Shown here piece after piece: positions 48,543-57,183 of a stretch of 64,000 nt of DNA. Within the stretch, counting starts at the first letter, position 1, and each line of letters opens with the position of its first letter. The position numbers and the translations under genes are program-made. Origin of the DNA: a virus; IMG/VR virus record IMGVR_UViG_3300012936_000001, positions 1 to 64,000 of that record; one strand, written 5' to 3'. Below the pieces are notes generated by a model that worked only from the letters and a program-made list of their open reading frames with translations, ran no database searches and was not told where the DNA came from.

Positions 48543-51014
48543 TTGTCTTTTTTCAAATTTCAACCAGAATTTGCGAAGATCACCACGGTAGAACTTAACG
48601 CAAAAAGAAAGTTTATATCTGGCTCCAGTGGAATAACTGGGTCAGTTTTTGTATTTCCAAACAGATCGGATACACAAAAAGACAATATAGACGAAAGATT
48701 AGAATTCTCCGAGTTGCAACCTTTCAGTGGGTTATCTTTTGAAGCTAGAAGAATAGAGATATATGGAGGACAGAATCCTATATTCGGCTCGGGTGGACCT
48801 TTTGCCGATCGCGCAGCAGGAGAATCCTTTCCGACGGGAAATTTTGAACCTGCTTTGGCACTTCTCTTGGATGGTGCCCATCCTTATGACGGCGCTGACG
48901 ATCACCCTCCGGAAGTAACAAAACCAGGAGTAGTAGCACTAAATTTGAATCTTGCGCATCAAGGCTACTCAGATCTATCTACGCATCCTAGAAATGCAAC
49001 TAAGAAGAACATTCGAATGTTAAAAGCTGACGGAAACACTTTTTCTTCGGCCTCAAACGCTGTGCAAATGTTCGCGAGAACTCTGTCAAAAGCACAACAG
49101 TCTTATAACAATAGATCAGGAAATTATTATGATAATTTTCATTGTCTCAACTTCTTTCAGGTATCCCAGACTGCTCCGACCTTTATTAACTATCCCAATA
49201 GGAATGATCAGTACACACTGAACTATACAAAAGGATTTACGATAGAATTTTGGATAAAACCAACAACACACCAAGTATCAAAAGGAATAATTGCACAACA
49301 TCACGGATTATATGCGATTGCAATCGAACCGGCCAAATATAACAAATCAGGAGAGCCTTCTGAATTTAAAATGATATATCACCATACCTCTTCTGGTCTT
49401 CCCGGTACAGGTACATATGAATCACTAACGACTATTCCTGTAGACGAATGGTCACATGTTGCTTTTCGATATGGCCCAAACTACAACAAAGATAATTCTA
49501 CTCAGAACGGAAAGTTATCTATTATCTTGAATCACTCAGCATCTCTAGAATCGATAATGACATCCGGGTCGATATCGAACATAGGGCACGTGTTGACGCT
49601 TGGCGCATGGACGTCAACAGGTTCTGCCTCGCAATTCAACAGAAGCGTCACATATAATCATCAGAACTTAACAAATATGACATTAGGGGCCTTTGGACAC
49701 TCCGTAAGTCAAACAACAACAGGCATTCTAGGCACATTCTATAGTGGGTCAAGCTGCGAAATTCAGGAAGTGCGATTCTGGAAAGAACCAAAAACAATTC
49801 CGTTCTTAAAAAATAATTCTTCTGGATCGTTGACGTCATCACTTTCTTCGGAGCTGTATTTATATCTTCCTTTTTTCTATTCTTCTTCTCTTCCCGGGAC
49901 GGAAAAATATTATGTGTTTGAACCAACCGACTCCAGCGATTTATCGTATTCGAATTATGAAGGAACGATTGTAGGTTCTTCCGAAACTTTCGCCACATCT
50001 TCCGGATTTGGTAATGCTCATTATGCTCATGTTCTCGGGTATAACAGCTTGAATGTTCATCGGTACCTAAAAGATTTTGTGAGAGACGAGTACCCTTTTC
50101 TTGTACATCTTTCTTCTAGTTTTAATGCAGTCGACACAAGAAATAATTCAGCCGCAAAATACAATTTGGCAGATGTCTCTGGTTCCTATAGAAACTTTTC
50201 TCAAAACATTCTACGAAACACGCTTTTACTTCCGTGTGATAACTCCAAGTTTTCTCCAAGGTACAATCTGATTCCAAGCGGTTCAGAGTATTTTGCCAGG
50301 AATAGTTCGATGATCTCTTTGTTGAATATTGGTTCTTCCGACTCAAAAGGCGACACTCTCAACGCTTGGAATGACGATCTTTCCACCATGTCTGCATATG
50401 AATCAGAAAATGGTCAACCAGCATCCGAGTCTGTAATTCCGGACCCAGAGACTTTTATTAACAGGCTGGATTCCATAGACAAAATATGGCCATTTCAGAT
50501 TGCTATTGATATACCAATTATTTTTTATGGGGAAAAAATACAACCAGAATCTCTTAAGATTACTAGTAGAATTCTAGAGTCGAAAAACAAAAAGATAATA
50601 ATAAAAGACGATGGATTTGGAAACCTTTATAGGGCCAATACAAAAAACCCAAATAAAAAGAACAAGATAGGCCAAATAATATATGAGTCCGGTCTCATAA
50701 TAATTCAGAACCCTCATCTATACGATCTTTTTGACATAGAAATAGAATTTGCCGGAACCAATACATTGCCTATTTTGGAATTGGCTGTTCCTATGCCAGA
50801 AGGGAAAATAAATGATCCTAAGAACCCTACTTATCGAGGCGATTCTATCTCTTCATTAAATGCTAACCAGGATCCTGATGAAGCCTTTGCCTACATATCA
50901 GAGGTTTACTTGCACGACGAAAATCTTAATATAGTAGGTAAGATAAAGCTTGCGAATCCTTTGTTGAAGAAATCAAACGATTCGTACCTTTTGCGTGCAA
51001 GGATAGATTTATGA
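48543..51014 (+). CDS. LamG-domain virion protein; C-terminus paralogous to the previous gene
   Basis: FTIEFWIKP, WSHVAFRY and IQEVRFW (LamG), plus YISEVYLHDENLNIVGKIKLANPLLK...RARIDL. TTG start with AAGGAG SD. Confidence 0.65.
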   Translation: MSFFKFQPEFAKITTVELNAKRKFISGSSGITGSVFVFPNRSDTQKDNIDERLEFSELQPFSGLSFEARRIEIYGGQNPIFGSGGPFADRAAGESFPTGNFEPALALLLDGAHPYDGADDHPPEVTKPGVVALNLNLAHQGYSDLSTHPRNATKKNIRMLKADGNTFSSASNAVQMFARTLSKAQQSYNNRSGNYYDNFHCLNFFQVSQTAPTFINYPNRNDQYTLNYTKGFTIEFWIKPTTHQVSKGIIAQHHGLYAIAIEPAKYNKSGEPSEFKMIYHHTSSGLPGTGTYESLTTIPVDEWSHVAFRYGPNYNKDNSTQNGKLSIILNHSASLESIMTSGSISNIGHVLTLGAWTSTGSASQFNRSVTYNHQNLTNMTLGAFGHSVSQTTTGILGTFYSGSSCEIQEVRFWKEPKTIPFLKNNSSGSLTSSLSSELYLYLPFFYSSSLPGTEKYYVFEPTDSSDLSYSNYEGTIVGSSETFATSSGFGNAHYAHVLGYNSLNVHRYLKDFVRDEYPFLVHLSSSFNAVDTRNNSAAKYNLADVSGSYRNFSQNILRNTLLLPCDNSKFSPRYNLIPSGSEYFARNSSMISLLNIGSSDSKGDTLNAWNDDLSTMSAYESENGQPASESVIPDPETFINRLDSIDKIWPFQIAIDIPIIFYGEKIQPESLKITSRILESKNKKIIIKDDGFGNLYRANTKNPNKKNKIGQIIYESGLIIIQNPHLYDLFDIEIEFAGTNTLPILELAVPMPEGKINDPKNPTYRGDSISSLNANQDPDEAFAYISEVYLHDENLNIVGKIKLANPLLKKSNDSYLLRARIDL

Positions 51015-51547
51015 TATTAGGATTAGATGTTTCAACTTCAACAACCGGCTACTGTATCCTCACTGATAATGGTGTAATAAAAGAGATAGGCTATGTGTCG
51101 TTGTCCAAAGAGCCAGAATTATCCATCAAAGGTGTTCTGTTTCAAGAAAAGTTAAGAGATATACTGAAAAAATTTGACATAGACAGGATCATCATTGAGA
51201 AGATCTTTACAAGATATGGAAAGGGGATGTCGTCTGCACAAACTATTACAAGACTAGCGTCCTTCAATGGCATCGTACAATTCATATGTCATCAGCAGAC
51301 AGGAAAAATACCAGAGTTAATCCCAGTCTCGGAAGCAAGAAAACTAGTTGGCATAAAAACAACCACAAAAAAGAAAGCCGGAAAAACTGTCAAGGAACAA
51401 GTGTTCGAATGGGCGCTTGAAAACGTAAATTATCAGTGGCCCACAAAGGTCTTGAAAAGCGGGCCTAGAAAAGGCCAAACCACTTATCTTAACGAAGCCT
51501 ACGATATGTGTGACGCCTGGGTTGTTGCTAAGTCTGGTTGTAAATAA
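51011..51547 (+). CDS. RuvC-like Holliday junction resolvase
   Basis: MILGLDVSTSTTGY, IIIEK and DMCDAWVVA supply the RNase H-fold acidic residues. Confidence 0.85.
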   Translation: MILGLDVSTSTTGYCILTDNGVIKEIGYVSLSKEPELSIKGVLFQEKLRDILKKFDIDRIIIEKIFTRYGKGMSSAQTITRLASFNGIVQFICHQQTGKIPELIPVSEARKLVGIKTTTKKKAGKTVKEQVFEWALENVNYQWPTKVLKSGPRKGQTTYLNEAYDMCDAWVVAKSGCK

Positions 51548-51566
51548 TAAGCATTACTGATATAAT
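51538..51566 (+). promoter_or_regulatory. Sigma70-type promoter TTGTAA-N17-TATAAT with extended -10 (TGn)
   Basis: TTGTAA 51538-43, 17-nt spacer, TGA-TATAAT. The primase ATG lies 6 nt downstream. Confidence 0.75.
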
Positions 51567-51572
51567 CTATGC

Positions 51573-52508
51573 ATGCAAGATAAGATAGATTTTTTAACAA
51601 AAGTATTTGGTAGAAGCAAGGTGCAAAACAACGGCATCGAGCTTATGGTTCCCTGCCCGGTCTGTAAAAGTGCCGACAAGATGAAGATGAATATTCGTCT
51701 AGATAACGGATTATATCATTGTTGGGTCTGTAATACAAAAGGCAGAAGTGTAGCTAGGCTTATAAAACACAAAAGACCAGACCTCGTTTCTACATGGTTT
51801 GACAAATATCAGTCTAGCTTTGCTTACAATAATTTGTCTGAATTGCAGCAAATACAAGAGCCAATAGTCATACCAGAAGACTTCGGTCTTATCATGGAAT
51901 CACTCAAAGATCCGGACGCAAAGGCTATACGTTCCTATGCAAATTCACGCGGCATAAATGATGACCTACTGTGGCGATATAGAATGGGCTATTCATCAGA
52001 ATGGCGACTCAAAAGACGGCTGATCATACCTTCATTTGACGATGAGGGAAACTTGAATTACTGGACAGGGAGAACAATAGATCCGGATAATTCTTATCGA
52101 TACTTCAACTCTCCTGGAAACAAGAAACAGATCATATTCAATGAGATCGATATAGACTGGACCAAGCCTATCTATCTGGTAGAGGGTCCTTTGGATCTGG
52201 TCAAGTGTGTCAAGCTTAATGCCACCTGCTTATTAGGTTCTTCCCTTACGGAAGACTCTCTCTTATTTTATAAGCTAGTACTATTTGCCGATGAGATTAT
52301 CCTTTGCATGGATAAGGACGCTCGAGCCAAGCAGGACAAGATAGCAGAACTTTTGATGTCTTACGATAAAGAGATATGGTGGGTCGATCCTCCCCAGGGA
52401 GACAAAGACTGGGGTGATATGAGCCCGCAAAAAGTATATGATGCCATGCAACAAAAAAACAAATACGGTCGTGATACAAAACTTTTAAGAATGATTTCGG
52501 AATTTTAG
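51573..52508 (+). CDS. DNA primase (DnaG-type, Zn finger + TOPRIM)
   Basis: CPVC...HCWVC zinc finger, RLIIP, GRTI, LVEGPLD, CMDKDA and KDWGDM. Confidence 0.88.
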   Translation: MQDKIDFLTKVFGRSKVQNNGIELMVPCPVCKSADKMKMNIRLDNGLYHCWVCNTKGRSVARLIKHKRPDLVSTWFDKYQSSFAYNNLSELQQIQEPIVIPEDFGLIMESLKDPDAKAIRSYANSRGINDDLLWRYRMGYSSEWRLKRRLIIPSFDDEGNLNYWTGRTIDPDNSYRYFNSPGNKKQIIFNEIDIDWTKPIYLVEGPLDLVKCVKLNATCLLGSSLTEDSLLFYKLVLFADEIILCMDKDARAKQDKIAELLMSYDKEIWWVDPPQGDKDWGDMSPQKVYDAMQQKNKYGRDTKLLRMISEF

Positions 52509-52510
52509 TT

Positions 52511-52517
52511 ATATTTA
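52511..52517 (+). promoter_or_regulatory. Candidate late promoter ATATTTA
   Basis: 22 nt before GTG 52540. Confidence 0.55.
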
Positions 52518-52539
52518 TTCTCGACTACAGGGGATTCAT

Positions 52540-53340
52540 GTGAAGATTACCAAAAGAAACCTCAGAAGAATTATTTCAGAAGCGATTGAGTCGAGTATGT
52601 TGTTAGAAAGTGCAAGAACATTTTGGCAATACACCGCGGTAATTACGCTGAACAATGTTGACCTATCGTCTCCCGTTGCACCTCGAAACAACAGGCTATA
52701 TCTTGTTATGGAGAGCGCTGATTGGTTTCATATGCCAAAGTATGCAAGGCTCATAAGTTCTGGTATGTTTGATAACTCTTATAAGATTGCCGAAATGGCA
52801 TCAAAAGAACGCAAGATCCTAGGAATGATGGTTGTGAAGAACCCTGATTCTGGTAGAGCCTATGGCGCAGCAGAAGTCGTTCAGGCAGCCGCAAAAAGAG
52901 GATATGGCCCAGCTCTCTATGACTTGGTGATTGGCGATCAACCGGTTGGAATATATGGCGACAGAGATTCAATTGATCCACGTGCATATGATATTTATGA
53001 TTATTACCTCAATAAAAGAGACGACATTGAAAAACTTCCGTTAGATGATCCAGAACAAAGATACACAAAAGATACAATTGATGACATGATTGCATCAACC
53101 GGTGGAAGTTATTTACCATGGAATTATATCGAAGAACCATCACATTCTCTGTGGCTTCAGGATGCAGCAAATCATGTGTATAAAGGCCCAAGACATCCTA
53201 ATATGCAAGAATATTTACAGGCTGGAGAACTTGCAAAAGAATCATTTGCAGAAAGGTGGAAGATATCCATCAAAGACGTTAACGATTTTTTTGCGAAATT
53301 AGCTTTAGATTTCTTTGATGTAAGAGATAATGAAGGCTAA
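52540..53340 (+). CDS. Hypothetical protein with an MKITKRNLRRIISE leader and a GNAT-like motif
   Basis: Leader shared with 53385. AEVVQAAAKRGYGPALYD resembles acetyl-CoA-binding motif A. Confidence 0.6.
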   Translation: MKITKRNLRRIISEAIESSMLLESARTFWQYTAVITLNNVDLSSPVAPRNNRLYLVMESADWFHMPKYARLISSGMFDNSYKIAEMASKERKILGMMVVKNPDSGRAYGAAEVVQAAAKRGYGPALYDLVIGDQPVGIYGDRDSIDPRAYDIYDYYLNKRDDIEKLPLDDPEQRYTKDTIDDMIASTGGSYLPWNYIEEPSHSLWLQDAANHVYKGPRHPNMQEYLQAGELAKESFAERWKISIKDVNDFFAKLALDFFDVRDNEG

Positions 53341-53354
53341 TAAAAGGTTATGTG

Positions 53355-53361
53355 ATACTTA
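53355..53361 (+). promoter_or_regulatory. Candidate late promoter ATACTTA
   Basis: 23 nt before ATG 53385. Confidence 0.55.
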
Positions 53362-53384
53362 TAATAAGACTTAGGAGACTACCG

Positions 53385-53795
53385 ATGAAAATCACCAAAA
53401 GACAGTTAAGAAGAATTATAAAAGAATCCATGAACAGCATGGAGCAAAGCTATATATCCAAGATAAACGAACTTCTTTCGGCCGGCGATTACGAAACACA
53501 CATGCAGGGCATTGAACTCATTAAAGCCCTCAGTGAAGAAATACCAGGATTAAAGAATCATCCGGATCTCATGATTCACTCTGCCCACGACGACGATGGT
53601 GAAGTATTTCAAATTAAACATCCTGTTTATAGATCTACTTTGACAAAAGCAGAAGCAGAATCATTCACAGAATATGATGGGGAAAAAGTATACATAGTCG
53701 ATATACACGAGTCTTCAGACGGAATTGGTACTCGTGTCGAATATGGTTATTCTTTTCCAGGTATGGACAAAGTTTATAATCTACGCCGAAGATAA
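53385..53795 (+). CDS. Hypothetical protein with an MKITKRQLRRIIKE leader
   Basis: AGGAG SD before ATG 53385. Leader shared with 52540. Confidence 0.7.
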   Translation: MKITKRQLRRIIKESMNSMEQSYISKINELLSAGDYETHMQGIELIKALSEEIPGLKNHPDLMIHSAHDDDGEVFQIKHPVYRSTLTKAEAESFTEYDGEKVYIVDIHESSDGIGTRVEYGYSFPGMDKVYNLRRR

Positions 53796-53848
53796 ATTAT
53801 AAACCTTTGTAAATTATATTATAATAAGACTATCTTACAGGAGATTCG

Positions 53849-56800
53849 ATGAAGATAGTACATATTGCTGATGTTCATTGGCGTGGTCTTACCCGTCATG
53901 AGGAATACAAAAGCTGTTTTAGAGATATGTTTGAGAAGTGTCGAGAATTAGAACCCGATGCAATAGTAATAGCTGGAGATATAGTCCATTCAAAGACACA
54001 GGGCATATCTCCAGAGCTAATTGATTGCCTTAACTGGTGGTTTACAGAGCTGAGTAGAATAAGTCGTGTACATGTACTTCTTGGAAATCATGATGGTCTT
54101 ATTCTTAATTCAGATCGACAAGACGCAATATCTCCTATTCTTAATGCCCTCAATCTTCCAAATGTACATTTGTACAAAGATTCAGATGTATACAAAGATC
54201 CAGACTTTCCGGATGTAAGATGGTGTGCGTTTTCTCCTTTTGACGAAAAAGGCTATTCGAACGTAGTACCAAGGCGTGGAAAAATAAATATTGCACTGTA
54301 TCATGGCGCAGTATGGGGATCACACACTGACATGAACTTTATGTTGGATGGTGATTGCAAAATGGACTTCTTCCGCGGGTTTGATTATGTAATGCTAGGA
54401 GATATACACAAACGTCAGCAATTAGATAAGGACGGAAGAATATGGTATTGCGGTTCTCCTATTCAGCAAAATTATGGAGAATCTGGAGAAAAAGGCTTCT
54501 TGCTATGGGACATAAAGTCAAATTCTGATTTTACTGTCGAGTTTCATCCTATTACTCACAATAATCCATTTGTAACAGTACTTTGGAAAGGATCTGTACA
54601 AGCAACCGTAATGGAATGTATGTCAGTCTGGCCAGCTGGTGCAAGATACAGAATAAGATCCACTACAGAACTAGATCCAAAATCAAAAAGAAAACTAGCA
54701 ACGGTTCTTCGGAGAGAACACGACGCACATGAAGTGGTCTATCAAATTAAATCTAATTCGAAAAATTCAGAAAGAATTAAATCCGAAAAGGTAAAAATAG
54801 AAAACCTATCGGATCCTCATACACATAAAAAGTTATTGAGAGAGTGGTGTGATGATATAGTTGAAGAAAATGGATTCTGGAAAGAGGTCGATAGAATTGT
54901 AGACGAGACCGTTCCAAAGCTATCCGTGCCAGAAGAACAAAAAGGAAATATTTGGTCAATAAGAGAAATGAACTTTGATAATACCTTTGGCTACGGAAAA
55001 GACAATATAATTAATTTTATAAAACTGCAAGGAATTGTTGGGCTGTTTGGAAGAAATAGAAGCGGAAAGTCTTCAATCCCGGGCACAATGATGTATGCTT
55101 TGTATAACTCAAATGATAGAGGTATATCGTCTGTTCAACACGTAATCAACACTAGAAAATCGAACTGTTCTGCTGATATAACTTTTTCTGTTAACGGAAA
55201 ATTATACAGGCTCGAAAGACATTCTGTAAGATACGCTGCGCGCGGAGGAAAAAACGAAGGAGCCATGTCATATCTTTCTCTCTTTGAAGTAAACGACGAA
55301 GGGCAAATAATAAAAGACCTTTCAGGAGAACAAAGAAGAGATACTGAGAAAGTATTAAGGTCACTTATAGGCGCACCAGAAGACTTTATGATGACATCTT
55401 TTGCAGCCCAAGGAAACATGAATTCCTTTATCGGTCAAGGCCCAACAGAAAGAAAAAAGACAATCTCTGGATTTATGGGCCTTGATGTATATGACCAATT
55501 TCAATCTATAGTCAGAGAAGAATCTGCTGGCGTAAAGACCATGTTAAAAAGATTGGCAGAAAAAGACTGGGTAGCGCTTATAAGATCTGAAAGATTAGAT
55601 ATATCAAATCTAGAAGAAAGTATTGAGTACCTAAATGAAAAAATACATACTTTGCAAGAAGAATATGTGTCTCTTCGAGACAAAGCGTCACATGAATCTA
55701 ATGGTGATTTTGTAGATCCTGCCGTGCTGTCTAGAAAAAAGAAGTGGGTAGAGTCAAAAAAAGATTCAATTTTAGATTCTAATCAAAAACTAGAGTCGTT
55801 GAAAGAATCGCTAAATCATAAAAAAACAATTCTTGAAAAATACGAAAATAAAAGAGACAATTTTCCTTTGGAATCATATCAGAGAAGACTAGACCTGCTT
55901 AATTCGTTAAGAAATTCAATGCAGAAAATGCAGTCAAATCTAAAGCAAGAAAAAACAATACTAAGCGGTCAAAAAAATTCTGTTTCCTTACTGAAAGAGG
56001 TGCCGTGCGGAGACGCTTTTCCAACATGTAAATTTATTGCCGAATCACACAGAAACAAGCAGTTAATCAAGGAACAAAAGATTTTAGTTCAAGATCTTGG
56101 AAAGGAAATAAAGCAAGCAAAAGAAAACCTAAAACAATTAGAAGACGAAGGCCTAAGGCAAAAGATCGAAAGATATAATGAACTATGTTCCGCCATTCAG
56201 GATATAAAACTGGATATTGTTGTGAAAGAATCGAAAATACAAAAAGAACAATCTATTGTTGAGACGACGCAAAGAGAGATAGAAAGATTGTCTGATGAAA
56301 TAACAGATATGGAATTAAGAACAGATGAAAAAAAATCAGCTGCCTTGAGAAGGCTACAGCAAAAAATGAAATCTATTAATGTAGAAATAGAGACTGGAAA
56401 GTCTGAATTGAGAAGTTATTCGCAGAAAATAGGTGAAAAGAAAGCAAAAATAAATCAATTACAAAAAGAATCTGAAGAATATGACAGGTTACAAGTAGAA
56501 TGGCAGGTATACGATTATCTTTTGAAAGCCACTAGCTGGAGAGGTATTCCGACCTATATTATGAAGAAACAATTGCCGATAATAAACGAAGAGATTTCAA
56601 ATATATTACAAGATATAGTTGGTTTTACAGTAGAGTTAGACATAACAGATAAAAAGACAGATGTGTTTATCAATTATGGAGATTCAATGCGTCCTATCGA
56701 ATGTGCGTCAGGAATGGAAAAAATGGTTTCATCCATGGCTTTGAGAGTAGCTCTTGGAAATGTTTCTAATTTGAACAAGTCTGACATGTTCATAGTCGAC

Positions 56801-56980
56801 GAAGGATTCGGGGCATTAGATCCCCAGAATCTAGAATCTGTGACTAGCCTATTAAAGAAACTTAAGTCTTATTATCGTCTAATCTTGGTGATTTCTCATG
56901 TTGATGTTATCAAAGATTCTGTTGATGATATAATAGAGATAAGAAAGTCTAGCAACGATTCAAAGGTAGTCTATGAGTGA
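53849..56980 (+). CDS. Fused Mre11/SbcD nuclease - Rad50/SbcC ATPase (gp47-gp46-like)
   Basis: Phosphoesterase motifs DVH, GDIVH, GNHD, HG and GDIH. Walker A GRNRSGKSS, coiled coil, signature ASGMEK, Walker B FIVDEGFGALD and ISH, all in one ORF. Confidence 0.92.
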   Translation: MKIVHIADVHWRGLTRHEEYKSCFRDMFEKCRELEPDAIVIAGDIVHSKTQGISPELIDCLNWWFTELSRISRVHVLLGNHDGLILNSDRQDAISPILNALNLPNVHLYKDSDVYKDPDFPDVRWCAFSPFDEKGYSNVVPRRGKINIALYHGAVWGSHTDMNFMLDGDCKMDFFRGFDYVMLGDIHKRQQLDKDGRIWYCGSPIQQNYGESGEKGFLLWDIKSNSDFTVEFHPITHNNPFVTVLWKGSVQATVMECMSVWPAGARYRIRSTTELDPKSKRKLATVLRREHDAHEVVYQIKSNSKNSERIKSEKVKIENLSDPHTHKKLLREWCDDIVEENGFWKEVDRIVDETVPKLSVPEEQKGNIWSIREMNFDNTFGYGKDNIINFIKLQGIVGLFGRNRSGKSSIPGTMMYALYNSNDRGISSVQHVINTRKSNCSADITFSVNGKLYRLERHSVRYAARGGKNEGAMSYLSLFEVNDEGQIIKDLSGEQRRDTEKVLRSLIGAPEDFMMTSFAAQGNMNSFIGQGPTERKKTISGFMGLDVYDQFQSIVREESAGVKTMLKRLAEKDWVALIRSERLDISNLEESIEYLNEKIHTLQEEYVSLRDKASHESNGDFVDPAVLSRKKKWVESKKDSILDSNQKLESLKESLNHKKTILEKYENKRDNFPLESYQRRLDLLNSLRNSMQKMQSNLKQEKTILSGQKNSVSLLKEVPCGDAFPTCKFIAESHRNKQLIKEQKILVQDLGKEIKQAKENLKQLEDEGLRQKIERYNELCSAIQDIKLDIVVKESKIQKEQSIVETTQREIERLSDEITDMELRTDEKKSAALRRLQQKMKSINVEIETGKSELRSYSQKIGEKKAKINQLQKESEEYDRLQVEWQVYDYLLKATSWRGIPTYIMKKQLPIINEEISNILQDIVGFTVELDITDKKTDVFINYGDSMRPIECASGMEKMVSSMALRVALGNVSNLNKSDMFIVDEGFGALDPQNLESVTSLLKKLKSYYRLILVISHVDVIKDSVDDIIEIRKSSNDSKVVYE

Positions 56981-57179
56981 TAGAATAGTGAAAAAAATAT
57001 CGGAAGATTTGATAGTGACCTATCCTAAAGACTGGAAAGAGAAAAAGAAAGATTGTCCTCAGTGTGGCTACGCTTTTAGAGATAAATCTGATGTTATCTC
57101 ATATTTACAATATGGTGTTTGTACAGATTGTAGACTCGAAAATTACAAAAAAGAGTATACTTATAAAGAAAAGGAGTAA
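56973..57179 (+). CDS. Small zinc-finger protein
   Basis: CPQC...CTDC. Confidence 0.7.
   Translation: MSDRIVKKISEDLIVTYPKDWKEKKKDCPQCGYAFRDKSDVISYLQYGVCTDCRLENYKKEYTYKEKE
57157..57163 (+). promoter_or_regulatory. Candidate late promoter ATACTTA (start of the packaging operon)
   Basis: Inside the 3' end of the zinc-finger gene, 20 nt before ATG 57184. Confidence 0.5.
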
Positions 57180-57183
57180 GAAA

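Noticed and set aside
53797-53836. Sigma70 promoter before Mre11-Rad50
   Set aside because: TTGTAA (53807) and TATAAT (53820) are both present but only 7 nt apart. Alternative pairings are ambiguous, so I did not call a feature.
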